A stretch of DNA of 64,000 nt from Octopus bimaculoides (Eukaryota), in assembly GCF_001194135.2 (NCBI RefSeq), contig NC_068989.1, positions 2,477,427 through 2,541,426 of the forward strand. Reading direction: 5' to 3'. Below are positions 1-62,574 of this stretch, one piece after another. The notes beneath the pieces were generated by a model. The model worked only from the letters and a program-made list of their open reading frames with translations. It was not told the origin of the DNA and did no database searches. Positions within the stretch are counted from its first letter, which is position 1, and each line of letters begins with the position of its first letter. Made by a program: the position numbers and the translations under genes.

Positions 1-42
<42 letters not shown>

Positions 43-324
43 GTGTGTATAACTGGTGCATTAACAATGCTTTTTTTTTTCAGTGATAAACTTCACTACA
101 GAATATTTCTTTGCTATTTCGTAAGACCCAAAATATAAACAGATAACGTTTTGTCTTCATGTTTAATATCTTCGTGGACAAGGACAGGTTCATCACTCAG
201 AATATATTTGAAACTTTTGCTCAGATTTCATTAGAGACGAATGCTGTGCATAAACTCAAAACCGTGGGGTTACAAAGCGAACTTCTTATCACAGTCCTTG
301 ATCGCACCGATATTTTCCTTGCTT

Positions 325-520
325 AAGGCGGCGTGCTGGCAGAATCATTAGCACGAGCGAAATGCTTTAGGTTCTGAGTTCAAATTCCGCCAATGTCCAC
401 TTTGCCTTTCATCCTTTCGGGGTCGATAAATTAAGTACCAATTGGGTAGTGGGGTCGATCTAATCGACTGGCATCCTCCCCATAGATTTCGGGCCTTGTG
501 CCTAGAGTAGAAAAGATTAT
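325..520 (+). mobile_element. SINE family A copy (tRNA-like head, conserved core, tail type 1)
   Basis: aaggcggcgtgctggcagaatcattagc...gttctgagttcaaattcc...gcctttcatcctttcggggtcgataaattaagtacc...ggggtcgatctaatcgact...gggccttgtgcctagagtagaaaag. About 20 related copies occur in the window; this one has an internal head deletion. Confidence 0.85.
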
Positions 521-1452
521 CTGAGAATAAAATGCCCTAGATAATAACCTCTTCATTGAAATATCGATAGATTGTTGCTGCAGAAGTTCTTTATTACACC
601 CAAACGATACAAATTTTATCAATTTTTTTCCCCGAATTTAATCCATTATATTTCTGTTTTAATCTCAAAAATACTTTTGAATGCTTTATCAATATTCATA
701 CCATAGTGAGCAAGAATTATTTTTCGTTGTCGAATACTTATTTGGCCTCTCCCTAAAAAAATCGCTATCTTTTCATCCAGATGTTTCTTTTCATAACGAT
801 TTATCTTTGTCACGAATTTAACCTGCTTATTTAAATAATGCCTCAAGTTGAAATATGATAACATTCAATGCAATATTCCTTTAGACTTACTCCGTGTCCT
901 CTTCCATCTCTTTCTTCCATCGCTCCCATTCAGTTTTCACCTCCTCTACTTTCTTTCTCTTCCAATTATCACTTTCCAAGTTTTTTTTTCCTATTGATTT
1001 TATTCGTCCTTCTATCAGTTGTATTTTTCTTTCTTTCTCTTTGAGTATAAATACTATATAACTTCAGGGTAATGTACCGGGCTGATTACATATCAAAGGA
1101 AAAATAAAAACCTATACCAGTGAATCGTTCAAAATGTTGTGGACAGAAGAGATGTTTCTCATCTACGTTAAAACTGTAAAATAGGGATAAATATATTATC
1201 TGTATTCACTCGTGTGAGCGAAGCGAATGCGATTGAATACAAATGAAGCACGTCTCATGCAATTTCATTGGGAAATGCAAACGATTAACTAACAAAAAGA
1301 TCACAAGACTTAAGAGCAGGCCACCTGACAGAAGCAACAGAAAGACAGTAAAAGAGATTCTTTGTTTCTCACAAAGAATACAAATACCGGACACTTTTGT
1401 TCCGGTCATTTGTATTTGGTTAATGATAAATGCTATAATATGAGGGGTCATT

Positions 1453-1670
1453 AAGGAGGCGAGTTGGCAGAGACGTTAGCACGTCGGGCCAAATGCTTAG
1501 CGACATTTCGTGTCTTTACGTTCTGTGTTCAAATCCCGCCGAGGTCGACATTTCCTTTCAACCTTTTGGGGTCGATAAATTAAGTATCAGTTGCGTGCTG
1601 GGATCGATCTAATCGACTGGCCCCCTCCCCAAAAATTTTGGGCATTTTGCCTAGAGTAGAAAAGAATATT
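1453..1670 (+). mobile_element. SINE family A, full length
   Basis: A-box-like tggcagagacgttagc, B-box-like gttcaaatccc, family core, tail ending agtagaaaagaatatt. Confidence 0.88.
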
Positions 1671-2384
1671 AGGCGTCATTTCCCGCCTTTTTTAATGTAT
1701 TTCTTATTCGATTTAATTGCACGTAAATCTGACATAATCAAAGGACACCTGGGTGTCTATAGTTTTTATCAGTTGTGCATTTTTTACCCTAATACACTGT
1801 CCAAAGTACAACAGCGCTAACAACCTGCCCATTGTTATGAATTTCCAGTCAAGAAAAGCCACTGTTACCGAACTTATGGATGGTCCATATGGTTTCGCTA
1901 AAAATCCTGCATTCGTAATAAATATTGGTTTCCCTTACAAGCACAAAATCACAGAGTTTGTGGGAGGAAACAGTAGCTCCGATCGATATTCGTATTTAAT
2001 GTATTTTATTGAAAGGTTTGCTAAACCAAGATGGCGGAATACGAAATTTAACTAAATGCCATTTGACTAAGTCCATTTAGCTTTGCTGATCTAACGCCTT
2101 CTCGTGATTAATAATAAAATAGAATTTTGTTATTAACCATGTAACACGAATCGCATCTCTCGCAGGCGATCGATAGAATGCAGGCTTATTGATCGAAGAG
2201 TTAATCTGGATATTTCAGTCTGTCTATCGTCAGCGAGATTAACTAAACATATTAGTTAACTAAAATACTGAAAAAGTGGTTTTTGTTAATTTAACAACTC
2301 AAAGCTATAAGAGGGAAGGCCGTGTAGATGACGAGTGTGTTATTGAATCCGTGGGTAGAGTTGTTATAGAAACACTCATTGGGA

Positions 2385-2596
2385 GAATGCTTAGTATGCG
2401 GGACAAATTGCTTAGCAGCATGTCTTCCGGCTGTATGTTCTGAGTTCAAAATTCGCAGAGATCGACTTTGCCTATCATTCTTTCAGGATCGATAAAAAAA
2501 AGTAGCAGTTAAGAACTGGAGTCGATGTGATCGACTGGCGGCCCCGCCCAACCACCCACCAGAAACGTTTCAGGTTTTCTACCTGAAGTAGAAACG
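2385..2596 (+). mobile_element. SINE family A, degraded
   Basis: gttctgagttcaaaattcgcagagatcgactttgcctatcattctttcaggatcgataaa...gtcgatgtgatcgact aligns to the family core. Confidence 0.75.
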
Positions 2597-3115
2597 CTTC
2601 TTTACTTGATACATACAATATATGAAAACGAGGCTTTCTCTAATTTCCTTCCAACAAATGGAATAGTTTACTTTCTGCCCCCACTTACGTTCACCTTAAT
2701 ATTTAAATGCAGAGCTGGTTGTGTTTCCCAACATCACAAAGCAACATTTCATTCTTTCGCTTCAGATTTCAACCAACGAATGAGATTTTAAATTCCTATC
2801 AAATAACTCCGGAATTCCTTCATCTAAATAATTGACTCATACGAACCAATACTGTCATTTCAGTCTTAACTACCATTAAATTCAACTCTTCCTTCAGTCT
2901 CTCTTTCACTCTATGGCAACCTAACACTATTTTGATCTCTCCTTTTCACTCTTTCATTTTCTTCCCCTCTTACTTCTCTCTGACTCTCTCCTTCTCTCTA
3001 AATTTTGCCACGACAGTTTCCCCTTCATTTCGTACATCGTGATACTCGAAGACAAATCACATTAGCAAATTAAATATGTTAGCTTGTTGGTTCACTACAC
3101 TACTTAGTAAATGTA

Positions 3116-3380
3116 GAGGCGCAATGACCTGGTAGCTAGGGCAGCGGACTCGCGGTCGTTAGATCGCGGTTTCGATTCCCAGACCAGGCGTTGTGAGTGT
3201 TTATTGAGCGAAAACACCTAAAGCTCCACGAGGCTCCGGCAATCCTGTGGTGGCGAATCCTGCTATACTCTTTCACCACAACTTTCTCTCACTCTTTCTT
3301 CCTGTTTCTGTTATACCAGTATTTCATAGAACCAGCCTTGTCACACTCTGTGTCACTCTGAATCTCCCCGAGAACTACGT
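3116..3380 (+). mobile_element. SINE family D (tRNA-like head), cut off by (TA)n and a gap
   Basis: gaggcgcaatgacctggtagctagggcagcggactcgcggtcgttagatcgcggtttcgattcccagacc has A/B-box-like motifs and is followed by a body unrelated to family A or B. Only one copy seen in the window. Confidence 0.65.
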
Positions 3381-3388
3381 ATATATAT

Positions 3389-4231
3389 NNNNNNNNNNNN
3401 NNNNNNNNNNNNNNNNNNNNNNNNNNNNNNNNNNNNNNNNNNNNNNNNNNNNNNNNNNNNNNNNNNNNNNNNNNNNNNNNNNNNNNNNNNNNNNNNNNNN
3501 NNNNNNNNNNNNNNNNNNNNNNNNNNNNNNNNNNNNNNNNNNNNNNNNNNNNNNNNNNNNNNNNNNNNNNNNNNNNNNNNNNNNNNNNNNNNNNNNNNNN
3601 NNNNNNNNNNNNNNNNNNNNNNNNNNNNNNNNNNNNNNNNNNNNNNNNNNNNNNNNNNNNNNNNNNNNNNNNNNNNNNNNNNNNNNNNNNNNNNNNNNNN
3701 NNNNNNNNNNNNNNNNNNNNNNNNNNNNNNNNNNNNNNNNNNNNNNNNNNNNNNNNNNNNNNNNNNNNNNNNNNNNNNNNNNNNNNNNNNNNNNNNNNNN
3801 NNNNNNNNNNNNNNNNNNNNNNNNNNNNNNNNNNNNNNNNNNNNNNNNNNNNNNNNNNNNNNNNNNNNNNNNNNNNNNNNNNNNNNNNNNNNNNNNNNNN
3901 NNNNNNNNNNNNNNNNNNNNNNNNNNNNNNNNNNNNNNNNNNNNNNNNNNNNNNNNNNNNNNNNNNNNNNNNNNNNNNNNNNNNNNNNNNNNNNNNNNNN
4001 NNNNNNNNNNNNNNNNNNNNNNNNNNNNNNNNNNNNNNNNNNNNNNNNNNNNNNNNNNNNNNNNNNNNNNNNNNNNNNNNNNNNNNNNNNNNNNNNNNNN
4101 NNNNNNNNNNNNNNNNNNNNNNNNNNNNNNNNNNNNNNNNNNNNNNNNNNNNNNNNNNNNNNNNNNNNNNNNNNNNNNNNNNNNNNNNNNNNNNNNNNNN
4201 NNNNNNNNNNNNNNNNNNNNNNNNNNNNNNN
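3389..4231. other. Assembly gap (largest of ten long N-runs)
   Basis: N-run. Others: 5564-5619, 16383-16733, 17729-17874, 29068-29307, 32978-33395, 40060-40314, 44526-44872, 50055-50448, 51888-52376. Almost all are bordered by (TA)n, (TAA)n, (CT)n or (CA)n tracts. Confidence 0.99.
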
Positions 4232-4319
4232 TATATATATATACACCCACACACACACATACATACATGTTCATCTGCCTAAGCAACGAGAACGAAGTCC
4301 ATCAAGTCATAGAGGCATA

Positions 4320-5020
<701 letters not shown>

Positions 5021-5217
5021 GGTTTTTGTAGTTCTTTTTCTCAGTTTATCAGCTATTCTCCCTTTCTCACTTTCTATATATACATATTTAATATTAAATA
5101 TCTTTAAAATGCCGTATTAAATTAGATTTGTGCAAGAGTATACCGAAGAGCTAATCAATAAATCTAAAGCGCGTAAGTAACACAATGTAAATGAAAAATG
5201 AAACTAAAATTCAACAG

Positions 5218-5250
<33 letters not shown>

Positions 5251-5788
5251 AATGTGTATATATAATTATGTTTGCATGTAGGTGAACATACGCCTCTTGC
5301 AGAGGCATGCATGTCTATGCAGATTTAAATGGTGTTGTAGCTAACATAATTCTACATTATCAAAGCGTCGAAGCATATCATTACAACGTGATAATGAAGG
5401 TAACATATATGTGTTTGTGTGCGTACGTGTGTGTGTGAGTGTGTTTGTGAGTGTGTGTGTCTGTGTGTGTCTACACACAAACATACATACGTGTATGTGT
5501 ATATATATATAACTTTTCGCAGGGCATGTTTAAGGTTCTATAACAAATATAGACGAATATATANNNNNNNNNNNNNNNNNNNNNNNNNNNNNNNNNNNNN
5601 NNNNNNNNNNNNNNNNNNNATATATATATATATATATATATTCGTTTGTATTTGTTATAGAATCTTAAACATGTCCTGCGGTTATTGTAATGATATATCT
5701 TCAGTTGTCATCCCGTTTGTAATTTTGTATGTTTGTATTTATACACACATAGATTTATATACATAGAAAGGCAGGTACATAGAGGCAG

Positions 5789-5819
<31 letters not shown>

Positions 5820-6069
5820 TGTATGTATGTATGTATGTATGTATGGAGAGGTAGCTAAAGGAGAACGACCTCCGCATAAACCAAAAAAGAGGTATAAAGA
5901 CACATGGGAGGGCATAGCAGGTGGAGAAGGATTGTGCATGAGGGGACAGCTACTTTTGAGAAATCTCGAGTTTCGCATGAGAAAGTAAGGAGGGATGTCA
6001 GGAAAGGCATGGCTGTTGCACTTCCAGACGGTTAGGGTCTTTCTATGATGCTGACAAGCAGTGTCTGTG

Positions 6070-6380
6070 CTTCTGAGTTCAGTTCCGCTGCGTGGCACCT
6101 TGGGTAAATGTCTTCTACTATAGCTCAGGTAGACGGAAACTGAATAAACTTCATCGTATATTTATGCGTGTCATTCTGTTTGTCCCCCACCATCGCTTGA
6201 CATCAGGTGTTAGTTTGTTTATGTCTTGTAAACCAGTGTTTCGGTAGAGAGAAACTGATAGAATAAGTACCAGCCTTTAGATAATTATTGAAAAACTACT
6301 GGGGTCAATTTATTCGATTAAAGCCATTCAGGATGGTGCTCCAGCATGGCCGCAGTCTAATGACTGAAACAAATAAAAAC
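6070..6380 (+). mobile_element. SINE family B copy
   Basis: gttcagttccgctgcgtggcaccttgggtaaatgtcttctactatagc...gacggaaactgaa...gatagaataagtaccag...actggggtcaatttattcga...ggtgctccagcatggccgcagtctaatgactgaaacaaataaaa; same architecture as copies at 12617, 20259 and 47518. Confidence 0.85.
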
Positions 6381-6572
6381 AGTTATCACTGAACACACAC
6401 ACACACACAAACATGTAGAAGACAAAAGACATATTTGAACTTTATAAAACGATTTTGGCAGTGATTTTTTTATGTTAATGTGATATGTTTGTATTTATAT
6501 GAAGCTGTTTCATTTTGTTTTGAATTTTGTCATGATTTATAATTTCATTTGTATTATTTTCTATATTTACAG

Positions 6573-56109
<49,537 letters not shown>

Positions 56110-57295
56110 GTGAGTTTAACCGATTTATTTACTCTCGATTCTGCTTCAAAGGCGTTCGTAGTGCTTGTAGTAGCAGTAGCTGTCTTTTTATTTTTGTAGT
56201 TGTTGTTCTGTTCATGTCGTATATATATATACATACTCGCACGCACGTATATAGGGATTATATGTTCACACGTATTACTCCTTCTTCTGAAAGTCAGCGC
56301 CCCCAAGCTACTGGACATACGGTCGGACAATTGTCGTGCTGAGGACGGCTAAAGAGAGTCAAAACACCTAGTCCCTACTGTCCACTTCTTTTCAGCTACT
56401 AAACCTGTCCTTTTTCCTTCATGCCATATCAAGCTGGGGAGAAGTTCTTGATTCTTGCGATTATCTCATCTTCTCAACTAGAGTTAACATAATTGTCACT
56501 TGGTAATTACGACATGTTCCCTAAAGACAGAGAATAAGCCAACAATTTATGCTGTACTTTGTTTGATAGACTTGTCTCAAACACCTCTTCTCAACTTTTC
56601 ATCTCTAAGTATCGAACTTTCTCCTCTTATATATATATGAAGGATACCATATTTTTCATGGCACATAAACGCAAGCCATCTTTTTCCAGAGATACCTGTT
56701 TTACTCAAAACATATTTGGTCTACTTCAAGTCTCTCTTCTCTTCGGTGTCACGTGGTTCACCACTGATGCTTGTTGCCGGGTTTTAATGTTCTTATCGGT
56801 CAAAATCTTATCTGTTTTTCCAAACGTTTTTGACACTATTAACAGTTTTGGCGTGAGAGCCTGTGGTTCCCCTTCTCTGCCTTTTAGTAGATAAATCTCG
56901 TGTGTATATGTGTGTGTGAGTGTGTATGTGTATGTGTGTGTGTGTACAATAGTCATAAAAGGATACATGAACGACAAAGATGACCGACCCAGTCGGGGGA
57001 ACTTACTGTGCCTGGCCTCGCAGCAGAGGTGTATAGACTGTTCTGCCACCTACAAGACTCGCTGGACTTTTGTGCCAAATGACATCTATTTAACTGCGCG
57101 TAAGAGAGAAAGAGAGAGAGAGAGGGGGGGGGTAGTGCGGAAGCGTGTGTACGGAAGTATCTATATCTGTACTTACGATATATAATTTTTTTACTTTAGT
57201 CTATTTTTTTATTTTTATTGTTTTACTCATTCACTTCCTGTCAGTGACTTACTATTCAATACATGTAGATAACCGTTTATAACATTGCGACGGAA

Positions 57296-57343
<48 letters not shown>

Positions 57344-58560
57344 CCTGCCCAACAGCCTTAACTTACGGACACTAACAACATGCTTTTTAAAACCAGGTAA
57401 AAGGGGTGTTATTTAACGCGACACCCTTCATAAAATCAACTTACGAGACACTGGTAAACCGAGGGGTGCACCACAGACAGCTGCACGATATCTCACCCGC
57501 CAGGGATTGTTGCAGGTTGGGTCGAAACGATCGTTGTGAGCCATAAAGTGTCTGGTGTATTCAATTTTCCGTCTCTATCATTTGTTATATATTCGACGAA
57601 CTCTGAGAAATTCCTGAGGAAGATCTAGCAACAATTGTGTAATTACCGTGGATGATGTCAGAGAGCAATGGGCAACGAACGGGCCTCACTTGATAACTTC
57701 TAGGTACACACCCAATGCTTAAATAATTACTATACATATATGTATACACATATATGTATGAACAATAGTATGCCAACACTTCAAAGTCACTGACATTCCT
57801 GCACTTGAAAAACCAATTCTCCATATGTATTCTACTAAAATGTATCGGGTAGTCCTTCAGTTTAATATAAAAAAATGTTGTGTATATATATATATATATA
57901 TATCCTTGCCATAAAAACGAACATCAACACAGAGGATGAACTAAAAGTCTTGCACAAAACAAGTTCAATAGACTCCGGATTTGTCATAGACATGCTTCAA
58001 TTCTTCTAAAATTTGAATAAAATAAATAATGATGAGTACACGTACACCTGTACACATTGCCACCTCTCATTGTGGATGGAATATTATTTAACGCTTGACA
58101 ATACTCATCGCTATAAACTTAATTAAAATTTCTTGGTTCATTCTACTTGAAATTAATTTAAACAAACTTTTGATTTTTCACATCGCTGAGTGTAACATTC
58201 ATTAACTAGTCTATTTAATATTTGTAAATTAATTTAATAAACATTATTCACTGTTTGACGCTACAGCATTGGCGATAACTTCAGTGTAAAACCTTTCTCC
58301 ATAACAAATAATATTTTCATTCTGTAATCATGTTGTGTCATTTAGTCTGTGGACGTTTTAGTGGATTTTACAACAGCAATCAATAAGCATGTGTGCGTGC
58401 GTGATAGATATGGTATTGGCTACATCCGGTAGCCAATAACACTGGACGAGATTTGCGTGGCAGACTGCAAGGTTTTTACCCGAATATTTTTAACTATGAA
58501 TATATATTTGCAGAGACAAACAGACAGATTGACGGAGGGACGGACAGACAAATAGACAGG

Positions 58561-58620
<60 letters not shown>

Positions 58621-59370
58621 AATATATGTATATTTATATATACATATATATTAATACATTCATACAAACCTACATATAAACATGCATATACACACCTATG
58701 TGCATGTGTATGTATGTATATTACGTTACCAATGTCTAACACTACATGTGCATGTAGACGAATGTATGCACTTAGATCTTGTAGCACCTCGTTTTTTTCT
58801 TATTTTATGCAAATGTGTGATTTGTGTTTTTCTTGTATGTTTTTCCCCCTTTTTTCTTTCTAAACATATGTCCTACCTTTCTTGCACATGCACTTGTTTT
58901 AGCACTTTCCGTTTTCTTTCGAAAAATACCCATAAAATTTAATTCTTCCGCCAGCTGTTAAATCATGGAATCTTTCAGTTGGTCAGACGAGAACCAGCAG
59001 AATCTTTGCAGCCTCTTTACACTTGTGAGATTCGTGAAGTCTTTTGGGAGGAGAAAGTATATTTAAGAAGCTAAATTTGAGAGAAAGTTTTGCCCAACAA
59101 ACAGAAAGTCTTGTTTGAAGGCTCGTTGGCATAGACTCATCTCGTGTAAAGTCACTGGAACACCAGCTTAGAGCATTATAACCTCGAGAATGACTAAATA
59201 GGAGATGTATATATACAAAATTGAAATAAGTTATCATTATCTATAAAAACATAATGATAAAGTGGCCAGCGTGTTTATAAATAGTGAGAGATGCGTGGCT
59301 TTGCAGAGTTTACCACTTCTTTCTAGCAAGCAGGTGCATAGTGTACCATGACTTTAATAATAATAACAAC

Positions 59371-59437
<67 letters not shown>

Positions 59438-59439
59438 TA

Positions 59440-59770
59440 CGGTTCAGTGGTTAGAGCGTCGAGCTTACGATCGTGTGGTTGTGAGTTCGAATCCCGGACC
59501 GGGCTGAATGTTGTGTTCTTGAGCAAGACACTTTATTTCACGTTGTTCCAGTTAACTCAGCTGTAGAAATTAGTTGTGACATCACTGGTGCCAAGTTGTA
59601 TCGGCCCCTTTGCCTTTTCCTTGGATAACATCAGTGGTGTGGAGAGGAGGAGGCTGGTATGCATGGGCGACTGATGGTCTTCCATAAACAACCTTGCCCA
59701 GATTTGTGCCTCGGAGGGTAACTTTCTACGTGCAATCCCATGGTCAGTCATGACTGAAGAGTGTCTCCTC
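59440..59770 (+). mobile_element. SINE family C: tRNA head, CORE-like segment, distinct tail; preceded by (TAA)n, followed by (TA)n
   Basis: A box ggttcagtggttagagcg, B box gttcgaatcc, then tgttgtgttcttgagcaagacactttatttcacgttgttccagttaactcagctgtagaaatt, reminiscent of CORE-type (TGTGACCTTGGGCAAGTCACTT...CATCTGTAAAAT) domains. Confidence 0.78.
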
Positions 59771-59771
59771 T

Positions 59772-59824
<53 letters not shown>

Positions 59825-60443
59825 TATGGAATGCTTATTAAAACAAGAGTCCAGTAGAGTGTTCAACATACTAAGTTTAGACACAATATTGTGTAATATA
59901 TTATTGAAATTAATTGACAAAATGAACAATTCAAAGTATTTATATTAAGATAAAATGTATACCATACTGGAACGTTATTGCATCTCTAAATCTTGTTTGC
60001 ATTCATAAAAGAAATAATCGGACCATTCTCCAATGGAAAGGTAAGTAAAGTAAAAGGTTATTTTCTCACATTGCGTTCTCGACAACAAAGCCATAAGCGA
60101 AACATCTGAATCGGCTCAATAACTTCTACTTGGCTCTTATTGGTTGGTAATGATAAAAAGTGGAGTTTCGGTGATGTTAATTGTGGTCTAAGGGAGAAAA
60201 AAAAGAGGCATGCTTATTATCTTTCGCGTTGGTTTCCAACAGTCAAGGGAAATACTGCGAATATTGTAACACTAAAAGTTCTTCTCTGTTTGAATTTGAA
60301 ATATCAGTTTTAGAATATATGTTTCCTTGTTTTATTCGATAAACTAACGTTTTAGAAAGATACACACCCCGTAGAAGGATATTATTAGGACTATAAAGAC
60401 AGAACAATTTTAAGTTTACGTACTGGAAATACTTCTCCTTATA

Positions 60444-60631
60444 CAGAAACCCATCGTCATATTGCGGTTCACTTATTGCTCACTCAGTACATCGCGGATT
60501 TTTCTGGCTAATACATGTAAATTTATATCGCGGGTTTCTGCGGCTGATGGGTATTTATATATTTTTTAGATTTTAATTATTTCTGTTGGAGGATTTGGAA
60601 CGTAACACCCGCGATAGTCGAGGGATTACTG
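60444..60631. mobile_element. pogo/Tigger-type MITE with TA target-site duplication
   Basis: TA (60442-43), cagaaacccatcgtcatattgcgg ... ccgcgatagtcgagggattactg, TA (60632-33). The right end reverse-complements to cagtaatccctcgactatcgcgg, an imperfect TIR of about 23 bp typical of Tigger-like ends. Confidence 0.7.
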
Positions 60632-60644
60632 TACCATATATTGT

Positions 60645-60870
60645 GGCGGCGCATGGTGCAAAGGTTAGGATGTTACACTCCCAATTGTGGATTCGATCTT
60701 CACGTTAGGTGGTGTGCTGTGTTCTTGAGCAAAACACTTCATTTCACGTTGTTCCAGTCCAGCCAGCTGTAAATGAGTAAATCTGCGCGGGATTTGCGTC
60801 CCGTTCCAGAGGAAATGTTGTGATCTCAGTTACTTATAAAGTATGGAAACTGGATGACAGGCCCTGTAAT
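60645..60870 (+). mobile_element. SINE family C-related, degraded
   Basis: ggcgcatggtgcaaaggttagg...ggattcgatc...gctgtgttcttgagcaaaacacttcatttcacgttgttccagtccagccagctgtaaatgagta. Confidence 0.68.
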
Positions 60871-62574
60871 TGATATGGATCGAGACAGTACTGACATTAC
60901 AAGATATATTTCAATGCGTCCCTCGCTCTTCGACAGTCCATATGGGTGTTTTGTTTAATTATGGTGCTGCCATAATCCAGCGATTTATGACTCTTGTGCG
61001 TTTCACTAATACCTGTGTTAATACGGTTCTTCCATGTATTGGTCTGTGTTAAAATAATAGTTTTCTCGGAGTGACTTTGCAAAACTTTCAAATATCCGAT
61101 GCTACATTTAATACTTAATAGTTCTTGTATAGATTTTTCGGTGGCACATGCAGGCTAGTTCGTAAATGTTTGTTTTCAAACATCGTATGTAATCCGTAGG
61201 GTAACATGTTCTCCGACTGAAATGGTCAGCATCAAATGATTATGCTATTCGTGTATAGATCCTGTTGTGCGACAGATATTTTCTGCGTGTGTACCGTGAT
61301 TGAAGTAAAAGCAAGGATGTTCAGAAAACGTTTATTTTATTTATTTTATTATTATTATTTATTTTTGCTCAAGACAGTGTGGGGAAAATAATTAAATAAA
61401 CACATTTTGTTGCTCCATGAAAAACATTTACGCAACACGATACTAAAAATAACCCTCGAATTCCTTAATAAATCACAAATTTGTAATCCACAACGGGAAA
61501 CTTAAGTGGTGTGCAGACGATTACAAATTTCTTGATAGATTTGTATCACCAGGATTTACGTGTATATTGGAGCAGACAGCAATAACCGCTTCTCCCACAT
61601 TCTGAGGCTTTATTAAACAGCAGTTCACAAGTATGCACTACTAAGTCATACATTTAAATAAATAGTCTCAACAAATATTTAGAAATATGTTCTAAACAAT
61701 TTGATCATAGATTTAAAAGACAAAAATGTCGAAGCTTATAGGTTACTGTAAATGGTTTGGTTGCGGTAAAAAGGAAAAAAAAGACGCAGAGAAATATTAA
61801 ATTCACCATTTTGAAATTTAATTTACTTTTACTGTTCAGTAAGAAAAGAAAACGCAGCAGAGAATACGTATCTGCAAAAGGAATATCAAAAACATCTAAA
61901 CAATGTTCAAAATCATTTAGAAGCAAAATTATATTTGTTTGAGTATGTGTGCGTGCATGTGTTTGTGTATACGTGTGAATTTGTGTGTATGAGTATGTAA
62001 TATGTAACCCGGTGTTTGTGTGTGCGTGTTTGTGTGTGTGTGTGTGTGTGTATGTGTGTGTGTGTAACTGTTACTGAATGGAGTCTACAAAGGTTAGCTT
62101 GCTGCTAAGAAATAGATATAGACACGTGACATCAAGTATGCGAATAGATGTATGCAAATGTGTGTAGGTGCACGTGTGTATATATCAGTGTCTTCAAAAA
62201 ATATTAGTCCACAAATGTCTCAGAAAAAAAAATCAGTTTTACAATTTAAATTTTTATCATTATCGTTAATAATAATAACATTATTATTATTGTTTGATAC
62301 AACAACTTTGCTGAAGAATATAACAAGGGGTTAGCTGTCCACAACTAGTGGAATTAGGTAAAATTCCGCATTTAGAGACATCGAGAACTCTGCGGAAATA
62401 TTCTGCAGTTCTAAGCAACTCAGTATCCTGTTGATGCTTTAAATTTACATGTACCCCTTTGTAACTTGGTACTTATACATTTGTGAGCTTGGTACTAATA
62501 CCCAATGCTCTAACAATGGGTATAACATTATTATTACTATTATCATTATTATCATTATCATTTCATTATTTTTT

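Noticed and set aside
84-120. Possible micro-exon (ttttttttttcAG ... ttc|GTAAG) upstream of the TM3 exon
   Set aside because: The frame ending in phase 0 gives DKLHYRIFLCYF, unlike the expected TM2/ECL1 sequence; no homology support.
1753-2055. 100-aa ORF in unique-looking sequence
   Set aside because: No recognisable motif, no convincing splice sites, non-ATG start; length expected by chance.
3116-3190. tRNA-like sequence (similar heads at 23455, 59440, 60645 and in families A and B)
   Set aside because: A/B boxes are present but there is no intact cloverleaf or acceptor stem, and each runs into a SINE body; these are SINE heads, not tRNA genes.
56910-57185. 91-aa ORF downstream of the helix-8 exon as a candidate last exon
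   Set aside because: Begins and ends in (GT)n/(AG)n repeats, has a weak acceptor and no similarity to GPCR tails.
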